A stretch of DNA of 64,000 bases from Eledone cirrhosa. Taxonomy: Eukaryota. The notes under the pieces were generated by a model. That model was given only the letters and a program-made list of their open reading frames with translations. It did no database searches and had not been told where the DNA came from. Below are positions 1-15,925 of this stretch, piece after piece. Each line of letters begins with the position of its first letter. Position 1 is the first letter of the stretch. The stretch is from assembly GCA_964016885.1 (NCBI GenBank), contig OZ024742.1, forward strand, positions 358,980,001 through 359,044,000, in the 5' to 3' direction. The position numbers were made by a program, and so were the translations under genes.

Positions 1-180
1 AAGTACCATTCTAGTACTGAGATCGATTCTTCCTCTAGATCCTTTTCTCACTCCCTTTCCCACTCTCTATCCGTTTCTGGAATTATTCTGCTGTATTCAG
101 TCATGGTGAGGGGATGGGCTTTGTCGAGCTTAACTCTATATGTCTATGTGGAGCCCCTACGATATCTCCAGAAGATACGT
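1..180 (+). mobile_element. Tail of an extended SINE family A copy (head outside the window)
   Basis: AAGTACCA..CTAGTACTG..GATTCTTCCTCTA..CTGCTGTATTCAG..CCCCTACGA, homologous to 32416-32600. Confidence 0.7.
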
Positions 181-629
181 ATTTATACTATACTACTGCT
201 GTATTATATACGATCAATTGAAATGTTTTCAACTTCAAGCTATGTTGGCTATTAATTTTCTGTTAATATTTTCATAAATACATTTGTAAACTACTATTTA
301 AACAGACTGCCACCAGATGTAAGTTGAATGTTTAGTAAATCTAAACCTTATGACTTCCACCATTGATTATTTCTACTCTGCCCATGAATATAAAGATGTG
401 ATGTGTCTAGCGTAAGGAGCAAACGACTAGGAAGATATTATAGCAACAGATATAAGATTACACATTTATTTAAAAGTGTAATCCTCTGTCAAATGCCAAT
501 AAACATTATACCTGAATATTTAATATAATATCAAAATATTCATTGCAGAGGCTGGGTTTTCTATTCAGTGAGAATTATTTGTCTATTACTTGAATTGTGG
601 CTATTTTGTTTCCACAAATTACAACATAA

Positions 630-1008
630 CAGTGGAAACTTCTGGTGTCCTTGGCCCTTATACCACCTCCCTATAAATCCTACTATAAATATTATTGCAG
701 TAGAGCCCGAAGCAGTGGAGTCTTCTGGTAGCGTTGGCCCTAGGACCACCTTTCTACTCACCACCATCGGCACGGAGTTGGCTACCCGCAGGTATGTGCC
801 TCACCAGCTAAAATAACTCTTCCAACACATTCCCTTCACCATCCCCTGGGGGAAACACTGACTCTATTCTATACGCCGGGGCTGCTGGTCAGCTAGCGCG
901 TGGGCCCCCATTTGATCATAATACTGAGAGATGGGACGAGCGCGAGAGACGTGGGCAGTGACTATACGAGCAATGCTGAAGTATTTTGCAGAGTTAAAAG
1001 TTAAGTGA
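630..1008 (+). mobile_element. CRE-like element 3' fragment (with a short duplicated 5' start)
   Basis: AVESSGSVGPRT..TTIGTELA.RR; 3' tail GGGCCCCCATTTG..GCTGAAGTATTT shared with the copy at 11905-12330. Confidence 0.8.
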
Positions 1009-1282
1009 TTTCATTACATATGTAATCGATTAACCTTTAATCTACGAAATTAATCCAGTATGACTGTCTCTTAGAACATCTTAGTTATGGCAACTATTTG
1101 TGCTTCATTTACCGTGACTAATTATACATCCTAAAACTATTAGTCTCACCACTGGTGCTGGTCGAGCTGGCGCGTTAGCCTGTCTGACGTGGGGGGTCAG
1201 GGTCAGCATATAAGATTTGGCATTGAGTTAACAGAAGCCTTAGAGCATGTGACAGAATGCCTGGCGGTATTTATTCCATGCT

Positions 1283-2045
1283 ATAGGATATAATGTGGCA
1301 ACGGCAAATGAATGCTACACGAATCAGTCAGTCGAATTCCCACCGACATCACCTCCATCTCTCTGGCACTCCACATCTCTCCGTATGGTGAGCAAATGGG
1401 GTCCCACGTGCTGGCCTCCACACAGCCCCGGAGGACAGAATGGAGAAGGCGTTGGAAGAGCCATTCCAACTCGCGAGGCTCACATCTGTAGCTGGCCTGC
1501 TCGGCGCCTATGGTGGTGAATAGGGAGGTAGCCCTAGGGCCGAGGACACTAGAAGTCTCCACTGCCAAGGGTACGACCGCAAACCTGTCGGAGAGCGACC
1601 GGCATTTTGAGAGTTTGGCATCCTCAGCCCAACGCGCAGCAGAGCCTGGGTTCTGGAGGGCATCTCAAATATTCTGGGGGGAGTTGACGTCAGCCCAAGT
1701 AGACGTCCCTCCTTCTTTCTCCCCCTGCTAAGTCCCAGCCGTTTCCACGTCCCACGGGTGGCCTCACGTTCCTCGATCACAAAGTGTTCCATTGTGTTTA
1801 GGAGAACCCTGTTGAGGAGGACGCGGCATGAGGTTACCGAAGAAAGAAACGCCGGCAAAGCAAGCGAGATCGGGGACCGGAGGCCAAGGCCACCATATCT
1901 AACAGGTAAGGTAGTCTGTTGCCATCCAATGTCGTCAAACCTGACATTGCATATCTCCTCAGCTGCCGCTCGGATACAAGTGTCGAGGTCAGCGAGGAGA
2001 GATGCGTGCCCAGATGTCTCTGAACTAGATGTATTTGAAACCCTT
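1283..2045 (-). mobile_element. CRE-like (RLE-type) non-LTR retrotransposon fragment: RT C-terminus joined by deletion to the endonuclease end and 3' UTR
   Basis: WQQTTLPVRYGGLGLRS..LALPAFLSS and AVETSSVLGP...WLFQR are typical of CRE-clade ORF C-termini (from memory of the family). Confidence 0.8.
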
Positions 2046-2345
2046 CTATTCAATATTTCCTCCACAGACATTAACTTGCATACGTTAAATATCAACAACA
2101 TCTATATTTACCTTGCTAGGTTATTCTTATTTTACCGGTCACCTGTGGTTTAGAGATATATGTATATCATATATCTGCAGCACATAGAAACATTGCCAAA
2201 TTCTGTTTATCATTACATTTCTAAGGAAATACATTTCACTTTATTTTCTTAATTGCTATTAAACATTTCTAGTTTTATTTTCCCTCCTTTATTTTAACTT
2301 TCAATGACGACATAACATTCCACCCAATTTAATTCTGATTTTTAG

Positions 2346-2538
2346 TTCTATATCTTTTGATTATTTTATAACTATTGCATTGATTTGTGCTAGAGAATTC
2401 TGGGAGTGTATTGGACGGTCTTCTGCTTTATCATTTGATACTAATATACTTCTTAATCACATCTCAGGCCTCCCTATTAAGTGTTTCACAGAGAAGACCG
2501 TGCTATATCTCTTCAGTCATATCTGTGATCCATACAAG
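2346..2538 (+). pseudogene. Exon-like block (TTTTAG|...AAG|GTAAGT), open reading frame; possibly the post-Walker-B part of a further dynein-like AAA1 copy
   Basis: Canonical acceptor at 2344-2345 and strong donor at 2539. Translation SISFDYFITIALICAREFW...DPYK has no stop; FITIALI weakly resembles dynein FRTVAMM. Confidence 0.35.
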
Positions 2539-4089
2539 GTAAGTTTAATAATAGTGTTTCTAGCATTGCCACACAGCCAACATTACGTGACTAATTATAC
2601 ATCCTAAAACTATTAGTCTCACCACTGGTGCTGGTCGAGCTGGCGCGTTAGCCTGTCTGACGTGGGGGGTCAGGGTCAGCATATAAGATTTGGCATTGAG
2701 TTAACAGAAGCCTTAGAGCATGTGACAGAATGCGAGTATTTAACCGATTAGTTGTGTATTCACTCTAACCATGTCGGGTGATAAACAAGCATAACACACA
2801 CATACATGTTCAATCCTGTATTTCTGTATCTATTTACACACGCAGAATCTACTATGTGTCCACGAAAAGATACTTAATTTAATGTTAATTCATTTGTTAT
2901 CACCCAATTTTAGATAATATCATTCCAAACTTCTGCTGTTGAAAATGGCTTTATTTCCAGTTTATATCTTACTAATATTTCATCACACAATTTAGAATAA
3001 ACCTCGAAATAATGGGTATAACAATTCATAGAAATCTTATAGTTATCGATAGAAATCTCTTTAAACAAGGGACGTAATCACGTCGCGATCTATGCCTAGC
3101 AGCGATCAATTTAAACACAAGATTCGTTGATCCATTCTAATCGTCAAATGTAGCAAGTCCCGAAAATTAGAATAACGATTGAATTACAAGGAAGCTAATT
3201 CAATTTAATTAATTTAAGCAATATAGAATAAGGTATTTGTTTAAAAACAGAGCGCAGGAATAATGGCAAAATTGAACCCATAATCCATCACTAATTTATC
3301 TAATCCTGCCATTTGCCCCAAAGTTAAACCATTAGTATCTAAATTATTCGGCGTGGGTATCTGTATGAAGCAAGAAATGGCGGTGTTAACAACTACAACA
3401 TATATAACTAATGGATGGAATAGTAAACGGCTCTCTTTCTCTCCAGCTATGAAAGCTTACGTAGACATTCGAACTGAAACTATTGGCAGCCTCTCAAATC
3501 AAACCTCACTCGCTTCAACAAAGTCTGGCATATTGAATAACTTAACCTGGTATACACTTTACACGTGATTAGATCTATGTTAACATGTTAAGTCAAAGTT
3601 AAACAACACCAAATCCTACAATTATTTAAAACTGTTACCAAGTCTTCCAGTTAACACAACTATGTGCATAATAAGAAAGTTGCCTAGATACTAAAACCCT
3701 GACAAAAAGTCTAGCTCACTATACAGATGATTTATTACTATTCAATCGTATCGAAAACCTTGTCTAAAGTAGATTCAGTTAAAAAGTTGGTATTTCCTCA
3801 TTTGTCCATTATGTTAAGTTCGATCAATTGTTGATATTATCTTCTGAATGATGCGGGTGTTTCGTTTCTAAACCATGACACGTTATGAAAAAGAAAGGAT
3901 ATTATACCAATAAAAGAAATTTGACAAAATCTGCAACTGTATTATATCAGAAAGAAAGAAAAAAAAACTTCAGTTTATAGTGTGTGATTGCTCAGTCACT
4001 GGCCGTTATGAGGTGTAGTCCACTAGGGGCACGGTGCTGTTAAAATAGGCAAGAGAGAGTATGTATTATCACTTGATCTTTACCTCTAC

Positions 4090-4348
4090 AAAATATTTCA
4101 GCAATGCTCTGTCTCTTTCACTCTCTCCCCATTCATCTCTCACTATTTAAACAAACGAGGGCCAACGCACTGGCCGCCCCGTGGCCCCGTTGGACAGATT
4201 AGAGAAGGCGTTTGCCCGGAGGATGTTGAGGGTGAGGCGTTGGAAAAGCCATTCCAGCTCACGAGGCTCACACATGCGGGTAGCTAACTCCATGCTGATG
4301 GTGTTGAGTAGGGTGTTGGTCCTAAAGCCAAGGACTTAGAAGTCTCCT
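4090..4348 (-). mobile_element. CRE-like element 3' fragment
   Basis: Reverse complement GGAGACTTCT..GTGTGAGCCTCGTGAGCTGGAATGGCTTTTCCAACGC matches the other copies. Confidence 0.8.
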
Positions 4349-4639
4349 TAAACAAACACAAACCAGTAACAGGTTCACAGGCAATTTCATAGACTAAATT
4401 ATAGAAGAGCACAAAATAAATGTTGGCCTCATATGGGAACAACAAGTGTAATAGGTGGTCAAAACTAACAATCCTTAGTGTACAGCATGAACGAAATACA
4501 CTCTATGTGTAAACTACAACATAGTAAAAATGAAACATGGGTTAAAGCGAACAACCAATTAACAGTAAGAATATACGAGATGTGTCTGAATAGTAACGGG
4601 ACTGAGTGTGCTGTGTGTGCTAGAGGCGAAAGATAGGCA

Positions 4640-5148
4640 TCATCCGCAGTAAGTTCTTGCCACAGGACCTGACGACCAATCAGCAAGTCCACAAAGAGAT
4701 CATGTAGCTTTTGTTTCACTCTGTGCACAAGAAGAGACAAGAGTTGTGGCAGTACAACTTATAGCTGCTTCACCACGACAATGCGCCTGCTCACAACGCC
4801 CTGAACATCCGGCTGTTCCTGGCTGAGAAGAATATCGCCGTACTGGAACAACCTCCTTATTTACATGAACTTGCTCCCAGTGACTTCTTTTCTTTTCCTC
4901 AATTTAAAAAGGGTCATCAAGGGGACCCGTCTTGAAAGCATGGAGGGTATCAAGAGGGCAATAACGAAGCAGAGGGGCATCCCAGAAGAATCTTTCCAGT
5001 AGTACCCCGAAGCATTGTAGAGAAGGATGGAAGATGGCCTTAGACTCGAAGGTGATTACTTTAAAAGGAAAACCATGTAGTTTGTTGTTTGGAAATGAAA
5101 TAATTTGTTTCTGTCACCAGTCCTGTTACATTTCAAACACACCTCGTA
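4640..5148 (+). mobile_element. Mariner transposase 3' relic with right TIR
   Basis: Translates LLHHDNAPAH...QPPYLHELAPSDFF...GDYF; ends CACACCTCGTA. Confidence 0.88.
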
Positions 5149-5914
5149 TATGATATATTTGTGAGAATGATAAACTAAATGTCTTCACATCAACAATGTG
5201 GCAAATGTTTCCCTATACAGAATTTACTGATATAATACACAAATGCCAATGTATATATGACACGTTTTAGCGTTACATCGCATATACACCTATACTTACA
5301 TGGTTATGTCTATATAATCATATATATAAACATGTATATATATATATACATATAGCTATTCATATATATATATATATATACAAGGGATAATAAAGTATCG
5401 TTATAGGTAATCCAGTTAGAGGTTGTGAATACTTCTTATGATAGTTTTAGCGTACGGCGTTGTTTGACTCAACAAGAGGTTTACGTAAGTGGCGAGTTTA
5501 TTTCACATGTATTCCCATGTAAGTTTAGCTTGGAGTAATAAAATTGAAAAAGTGAAGAATAACATGGTCAACAGTACAAAAAAAGGTATTTATTTACAGT
5601 CTGACAATTGTTTCACTGATTCACAATTTCAAATACAATGTTAGCTTAATCAGATCATCTGAGACAATTTGTCTTGATCTAATTAAGGTAACATTGTATT
5701 TGAAATTGAGTAGCACTGCTTCTAGTGTTCAGCAATTTTTAGACAACTTAATCAGTGAAACAATTGTCAGACTGTAAGTAAAACCCTTTTTTTTTGTACT
5801 GTTGACCATGTTATTCTTCACTTTTTCAATTATATATATATATATGTTTTTTGTGTGTGTGGGTGTGCGCGCGCAAATGTATGTATATAAATATATACAT
5901 ATACACACACACAC

Positions 5915-5969
<55 letters not shown>

Positions 5970-6008
5970 AAAGAACACAAGAGCGTCTACAACATCAACA
6001 GATTTTTA

Positions 6009-6059
6009 TTGGCTTACAATGTTTCTTCCTTACGTAACCGTAGGATTCTTCAGAGCTAT
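6009..6059 (-). ncRNA. Minimal type I hammerhead ribozyme motif (PLE-type)
   Basis: Minus strand ATAGCT-CTGAAGA-aTCCTACG(gtta)CGTAAGGAa-GAAAC-att-GTA-AGCCAAT. Confidence 0.7.
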
Positions 6060-6247
6060 AAAAGGGGTTTGATTGGTGTTATGGACTCTACCAACCAAAC
6101 ATTCAAGAACAAAGAGTTTAGAGAGTAAAGAGCAAAAGCAGGGGACGATAAGTCTAATTTTGGTGCGGGAGGGTGGGGTGTGGGTCCTATATATATATAC
6201 GTACACATATATATATACATATATATTATATATATATATATATATAT

Positions 6248-6316
<69 letters not shown>

Positions 6317-6850
6317 CATATATGTATATATATATCACGATAATTTAACGGAGCCATAGACTGTCGTTATTCCCTGTCAATAATGTGATCAAACGAAAAG
6401 GAGTCCCGAGCTCTTTAAAATACAATATGTTGAAAAGGTAACACACTAGAGAGAGAGTGTGCCATCAATAAAACCACCAGTGTATGGAATCTATACTCTA
6501 TGGAAGGCAGGGTACACACACAATAATTAAAAATATAACAGTCTTTCTTCTCTCTCTGTTTATTTGAGCACACTTATATTTTTAATTACTGTGAGTCAAC
6601 CCTGCTTCCCATAGAGTATATATTCCATACACTTGGTGGTTTTCCCTGTTTTATTGATGGCACACTATCTCTCTCTGGTGTGTTACCTTTTCAACATATT
6701 GTATATATATATATATATGTATATACATTTTATAAATATAGTTTCCTTTTATTAATATAATAAATATTTACTCCACCATTGTTGAGTGCTTCATATCAGT
6801 TATAAAACTTTTAAATTTGTTGAATTCCAACAAATTAAATATAACCTTTG

Positions 6851-6970
<120 letters not shown>

Positions 6971-6974
6971 CAAT

Positions 6975-7366
6975 TGATCCTTCACGACGACAATGCATAC
7001 TGTCACGAAGCTCACCTCACTCATGGATTTCTCGCCCTAAACAGCATAGTATAACTTCCGTATCCGCCATATTTGCCAGATTTAGTACCTGCGGACTTTC
7101 ATCTCTCCTCCAACCTGAAAATGACCCTCAAATGTCGCTGTTTTAACACTGTTTCAGAGATCCAGAGAAAATCGCAGAAGGTCATCGAATCACTTACGAA
7201 AACTGACTTACGAAAACTGACTGGGTTCCAAAACTGTCAGGACCGCTGGGACCGGTGTATCGCCGGGGAAGGTGACTATTTCGAAGGATATTATGTTAAT
7301 GCTTAGGAAAATATATGAGTGTATTTAAAACATAACTCGACCGGGAACGCTTTGTTACCACCTCAT
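6975..7366 (+). mobile_element. Mariner transposase 3' relic with right TIR
   Basis: [20 protein letters not shown] and GDYFEG motifs; ends ACCACCTCATA. Confidence 0.88.
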
Positions 7367-7682
7367 ATATAATTATATATATATATTAGGATTGGTGCTC
7401 TGAAATAGCGATGTATACATGAATGTATGTATAGTATATTTGGCAATATACCGTATGTTTAGTTAAAAACATTTTGAAGACCTTACGCTATCATCTTAAA
7501 GTAGTGACTATGTCACTTACTTCTTTTCGGTGAAAGAAGGCGGAGAAGCTAACAGTCTGTTTTGATAGCGTAACGTCTTCAAAATGTTTTTAATTAAACA
7601 TAGGGTATATTGCCAATTATACTATGCATATATATATATAAATATTTTGGTTGTTGTATCCCAACAAATTAAATATAACCTC

Positions 7683-7870
<188 letters not shown>

Positions 7871-8269
7871 CACGTACTCGAATCTTTTTTCTTATCTCCT
7901 TTGATCCTGTCCCTAATTTGCACTCCCGAAGAAGGACTTAAATCCGACACGTCCAACTTCTTTTCCTCTTTCCAATATAATACGTGAAACTAATAAGACT
8001 TTTTGTACCAGTGTTTGTTGTCTCCTTGCACTTATATATAATATATGTGTGTGTGTATAGAGAGAGATATATATGTATATATCTTTATATATATATATAT
8101 ATATATACGAAGGAATTGTGGTAAGGAACCAGATGGACCATAACGCACCAGAGTACTCAATACTTAGGGTAGTAGCGTGGGTAATAGGAAAAGGTATCCT
8201 TTTCCTATGCATATATATATATATATATATATGTCTCTATATATGTGTGTGTGTGTATATGTGTGTGTG

Positions 8270-8328
<59 letters not shown>

Positions 8329-8739
8329 TGTATGTGTGTGTTATATAATGATTGTCAGAATAGACATTATGTACATTGAGCAAATAAAATTCATTGACCG
8401 AAAACAGTCATATTGTCACCTACTATAACTTCATCAATACAACGACCAGCAACTCGCCTAGTCAGCTTTCTGCCACCTACTCACCACAAACCACTATCGC
8501 CAGTGCTATCATTACCATTATTATGTGGAGCAATATAAAGAAATATCATAGATTTTTCAGGAACTGAATAATTAATGCTTTTCTAAAATCTTGTTCAGGA
8601 AACGTCATTAATGTTTTAGTAGTCATCATAAAATATCCGTTAAAACCCACATCAGAAAATAGATATTCCAACTTTCCACTTAATTATATCATGTTTAATG
8701 AGACAATCTTTCGAATGTTTGTCCGAAGTTAACACTAAT

Positions 8740-9063
8740 ATCAGGAGATGAGAGAGTCACTCCAGGTAGAGCTGCTAGTTATCTGAGTTAGGAGATCACA
8801 GCTCTGATACTATGGACTATGGCTAAAGTCTCTCAGGAGATCACATAAACCCTGGACAGAGATTTATGGTCAACACCAAATGGCCGAAAACCCAGGGGTA
8901 GACTCCAAGCAAGATGGTTGGATAACATCCGATCTTGGCAGCTCATGATTGGTAATCCAGCCAAATCAGTTGGAGACAGTTGCTTCTGACAGGACCCGCT
9001 GGAAGGAGTGTTTGAAGACTCTGCCCCAAGGCCTTCTAAGGAATAAGTGGGCAAAGAAGAAGA
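8740..9063 (+). mobile_element. RTE-clade LINE 3' end
   Basis: W.TPNGRKPRGR..RWLDNI...VASDRTRWK motif and a (GAA)n tail. Confidence 0.75.
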
Positions 9064-9327
9064 GCTTTGCACTACTACATAATATTTATTATACAAAATG
9101 CTGTGTGGAATATCATCCAAAAGTTACAAATGTAACATAAAAGTAAGAGATACAACATTTGTCGTAAACTAACGAATATTGGCAACATTTGGTTGTATTT
9201 ATCCACAATTACTATATAATGTAGGTACACATTTACATATATGTACATTATATCTACAGAACCCAAGATGCTTGGGTCATATATCGAAGTAAAGCTCACT
9301 ACTAATGTAGAGATTTCGCCACACATT

Positions 9328-9465
9328 ATCACCACCATAGGCGCTGAGCTGGCCAACCGCAGGTGTGAGCCTCGCAAGCTGGAATGGCTTTTCCAGCGCG
9401 TCTCCCTTGCCATCCTCCGGGGAAACGCCTTCTCCATTCTGTCCGCCGGGGCTGTGGGGAGGCCA
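9328..9465 (+). mobile_element. CRE-like element 3' fragment
   Basis: TTIGAELANRRCEPRKLEWLFQRVSLAILRGNAFSILSAG. Confidence 0.85.
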
Positions 9466-9949
9466 CCGATATCATTGACTGACTTGTCAGTCAGATACCT
9501 CATTGGTTGTCACCCACATAATATTAAAGATCTAGTGACACAAGATTTAATTGCTTTAACATAAAAAAGGCTATCAATATAGTAAATTCAAAATGAATAG
9601 GCATAAATATACAGTAGATGATAAATGAACTCGTCCCTCTGTTTATGTTTTATGTTGAAACAGACCTTAAAGTGAAATGGTTAACGTTTTTATTCATTGC
9701 AAATTCACGAGTTCGAGTTCTCTATTTTGATGCACCTTGATGAACCTAACAACGTGAAAAGTGAGGATTCCGCAGATACATTCTTCCACATTTCAAAAAT
9801 GGCACTTAATATATATTGCTGCTCATGGTAAAGCTGGATCTGTTGATACTTCTTACAGCGACATATTTCACAGAGCAATTAATGATTCTAAAGTCTAATG
9901 TGGTTGATAGGATTTACTCTTGTAAATTTTCAAACGAATTTTATTTTGA

Positions 9950-10360
9950 AAAGATAAATAAATATAAGTAAGAGAGATAAAAGCAGAGTTAAGTAATGAG
10001 GAAATGGGGAAGGGCTAAAGAAGGGCGGATCTGGCTGTGTGGGAAAGTAGAGGAAAGGACTATAAAAACCATAAATGAGAGGAAAAAGAGGGGAAAGCAA
10101 GGACTCTAGGGCCACATAAGAAAGGGGTGAGGAAGAGGTCAGGGAGAGGGGATGGGTTCTGGGCATATGGCTTGGCGGTGTTGGACAGTACCCTACGGAC
10201 AAGACCGCAAAAGCGTTTCCATGGACAATGGCCAGCGACACCCGCTGCAACAGCCACCCCACCTCATGGAGCTCGTTCCTCAGACAGACTGCTGACGTTC
10301 CGATATTATGGAGGGGCTCGGCAGTACGGGGTCCGAGTATGCCTGAGGACCCCCTGTTCT
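9950..10360 (-). mobile_element. CRE-like element 3' fragment, second subfamily
   Basis: SGILGPRT..IGT..E.GWLLQRVSLAIVHGNAFAVLS; close to the copy at 27960-28265. Confidence 0.8.
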
Positions 10361-10458
10361 GGTTCAAGGGTACAGCCAAACTACAACAGAATTCGACTAT
10401 TGGATTCATTTTCAAGAAGTTTGCTTCTTAATTTGAGTCACAAACACTCCCACACGCC

Positions 10459-10583
10459 CAACGCACACACGTATCAACGCACACACGTATCAACGCACAC
10501 ACGTATCAACGCACACACGTATCAACGCAAACACGTATCAACGCACACACGTATCAACGCACACACGTATCAACGCACACACG
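10459..10583. repeat. 16-bp tandem repeat (CAACGCACACACGTAT), about 7.5 copies
   Basis: Directly visible. Confidence 0.92.
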
Positions 10584-11904
10584 CACTTGATAAGACAACG
10601 ATAGAAATTTACACATCTTCAAAATTCGCGATATCTGTTCTATATAGATTTCCTGACCTTTTTTCTTTTTACTATTTGAGTTGCTGAGTGGTGACCTCGC
10701 TAACAGAACCATCATCAACCACAGTCGAACTCGGACGGGGAATAGCGGTTTCTTATATAGGCACAACGCCAGCAATTTTGTTAGGGAGGGGAAAGTCGAT
10801 TAATTCGACCCCAGTACATTACTGGTATTTTATTTTATCGACCCCGTAAGGATGAAAGGCAAAGTTAACCTCAGCGGGATTTGAACTTACACTGAACCTG
10901 TACTAGACTTGATTAGTTTTTAGAGAGGCAGCTTGTACGTATCTAATATTGAGATCAACAAAAATTGGAAATGTATTAATCTAGCTTATTTCTGGCTGGT
11001 TTACTGATATAAATAAGTTAATTATTTAAAATGCATAAATCACGAACACTCTCATATTTCTATATTTTGTATTTTGTATTCCAAACTAGCCCCCCGAATT
11101 CGGTGGTTGAACATCAGATTCTATCAGTGAATGAATAAAAATGTCGTCTCATCCCATTTCTTCTGACAGCATCTATAGCGCTTCAATACTTCTGTGATCT
11201 ATGTAGGTAGAAGACTATAAGGAGAAAACTCACCACAAACAAAATCATCTCCCAAGAGAACATTTTCTCTAATAGATGTTAGAGATAATTACAATTTTCC
11301 AGCACCGTCATTGTTTCCTCATAACTTTCCTAATAATGTGAATTTTCATGAAATTGTGCATGGATTAATTTTCAAACGTGTCGATTACTTGTATGTTAAA
11401 CATAATTTGCGTTTGAAAAAAATTAAGAAATTCCAAACGTTTACATCCAGAACGAATAGAAGTCGATACTTGTTAAACATAAGATGGATGATATCCTGAA
11501 ATGTCTCTTATTTTTCTTATCTCACAACATTATGTTGTGAAACAAGCACGAGCAAGTTATTGAATGTTTAAAAATGTATACACCTAATTTATTTCTGAAT
11601 TATTAATGTCTTGTAATCAACCTAATCATCATCTATAAACCGTGAAGAATATATCGATGAGAATGTTCATAAAGTAATATGCATTATTAAGAAATTATAG
11701 GAGAAGTAATCAGTGGTGCGCGAGAATGACGTTATACAAGAAGAGCTTTTATTGGAAGTCATATGGCTGTCTTACAAGAGCACCCGTAAACAAAGAAAGC
11801 AGCACCAATTTCATACGACTCACTTATCCCCTAACTAGTTATATAGCTATATATCTCTGCATCTCTCATTATGCACGTTACTTTTTTACCATAATTCTAA
11901 GCCA

Positions 11905-12330
11905 CATGCAGCGACCTTATCTCCAGCGGAAACCTGGTGCAGTCTGTGACTAATCCAGACTCTGCTCCACTTCTGGCCGAGGACGGTAAACTCTCCAAAT
12001 TTGGTTGCTCTCCAACAGGTTTGTGGTCGAGCCCGTAGCAGGGGAGACTTCTGATGTTCTTGGGTTAAGACCACCTCCCTACTCATTACCATCGACATGG
12101 AGTTGGCTACAAGCAGGTGTGAGCCCCGTGAGCAGGAATGGCTTTCCAACGCGTCTCCTTCAATATCGTCCGGGGAAACGTCTTCTCCATTCTGTCCGCC
12201 GAGATAATGGGGCGGCCAGCACGTGGGCCCCCATTTGCTTATAATAGTGAGAGATGGAGAGAGTGAGAGAGACGGAGGCAGTGACCATACCATCATTGCT
12301 GAAGTATTTAGTAGAGTTAAAGCTTAAGTG
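11905..12330 (+). mobile_element. CRE-like element 3' fragment
   Basis: RFVVEPVAGETSDVLG, GTGTGAGCCCCGTGAGCAGGAATGGC and the shared 3' tail. Confidence 0.8.
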
Positions 12331-12597
12331 GGGTTCACGGCACTGTTATCGAACAAAGAATATTCACTACATATTATTTCAAGTATTTTAACTCAACCTT
12401 GAAGAATTGTTTCTACTTTTGGTACAAGGCCGGCAATTATCTCAGTACATTACTGGTACTTTATTTTATCGAGCCCATAAGGATGAAAAGCAAAGTTAAA
12501 CTCGGCGGGATTTGAACTCAGACCGTAAAGGGGCATAACTCTTTTTGGTCTGAGTTCAAATCCCGCCGAGGTTACTATATATCTTTACAATTTCACA

Positions 12598-12662
<65 letters not shown>

Positions 12663-12902
12663 CTCTCTCTCTCACTCTCTCTCTCCATCTCTCTCTATTT
12701 CTCTCTCTCTTTGTCTCTCTCTCTATTTCTCTCTCTCTCTCACACACACACTCTCTCTTTTTATCTCTCTCTCTCTATCTATCTCTCTATATATCTATCT
12801 ATCTATCTCTATCACTCTCTTCCTTTATATTTCGCTTTGTTTCTATTCATCCCACTATTTTTGTATTTTGTGTCCCATGCTATTTTTTATAGTATCTGTC
12901 TG

Positions 12903-13190
12903 CAGGACTGGATTTAGACCTCGGCAAGCCTGGGGTACTTCAGGTTTTGGGGCCCCATCATACACAAAAGTTAGAATACACAGCCAAACCCCCAACTTTA
13001 CATATCAAAGATAGCTTGGCTCAAGTAATTGGAATTGGAAATTAATACATACAGGAATTAAATTCAAAAATTCTAACCATCCCAAAACTACAAAGCCTAA
13101 CTGAGGGCACAGATAAATTGCTATGGTCGGCGCTGGTGGGGCCCCCATGGGAGGGACAATTGCACCCTTTACACCCATTAAATCCGTCTC
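12903..13190. mobile_element. Probable degenerate MITE
   Basis: Imperfect inverted ends CAGGACTGGATTTA / TAAATCCGTCTCT with subterminal GGGGCCCC motifs at both ends. Confidence 0.4.
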
Positions 13191-13545
13191 TTTTCCGTTC
13201 GAATTCTATTAACAAATTGGGAAATATAATAATTAGGTATAGCCTGGAAATGAATTATTCACTCCACAACCTTTTAGGTCCACGTTTGATCCCACCACGT
13301 GGTATGTTGGAAAGTTTATTTTACAGTAGCTCTCGACTGACAAATAAATTATGTGAAGCGTGTGCCTCATTAAAAAAGCCTGTCAGATGATTTTTGAATT
13401 AAACAGTTCTAGTCCTGTAGAAGCCATTTCTATATTTAAAATGGTGTTTACACTCTACTAATGTATTGAGTACCTTAACCTTACTTACACTGGTAACCCC
13501 GATTGAACCTGGGTCTCATATATATATATATACATACATATATAT

Positions 13546-13613
<68 letters not shown>

Positions 13614-13620
13614 GTGTGTG

Positions 13621-13677
<57 letters not shown>

Positions 13678-13689
13678 CATGAATCAAAG

Positions 13690-15247
<1,558 letters not shown>

Positions 15248-15592
15248 TGTAAATTGTAAACCAAAATGACAAGAAGCCAAATAGGTTGAATTTTCTTAAT
15301 TATTCATTTCTGCAAACACTATGCACATTTCATTGGCCAGGTTACGTAAGAACCCAGTGACATCTTCAGGTGTAAATTGCATAATAGATGTATACCAACG
15401 TTGGTATACATAACCTATTTGGCCTCCTGTGATTTTACTTTATAATATATTTGACTCCGTTCCCGCTACACCAACACGATTCAACATCAAAGATGGATGA
15501 ATTGCATAACGTTGAGTGCTTTCCATATTACGTCATGATTAATATTGCAGCATGATCAATTCTACCCGGGGATAAACCACCAAATTTAAACG

Positions 15593-15667
<75 letters not shown>

Positions 15668-15693
15668 ATGTGCGTGTGCATGTGCATGTGAGC

Positions 15694-15742
<49 letters not shown>

Positions 15743-15868
15743 TGTGTGTGTGTGTGTACGTATGTATGTATATAGACTTAGGATTTATCTTCAGGCATAG
15801 CTGTATACAGATATGTATAGAAATTTCGTACTGCAAATGTACCGTGTTTCTTTAGAAGTACGAAATTT

Positions 15869-15924
<56 letters not shown>

Positions 15925-15925
15925 A

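Noticed and set aside
3353-3568. Short ORF with AAATGGCG (YY1/Kozak-like) start as a first exon or promoter
   Set aside because: No recognisable protein motif, splice donor or CpG-island support; cannot be distinguished from chance.
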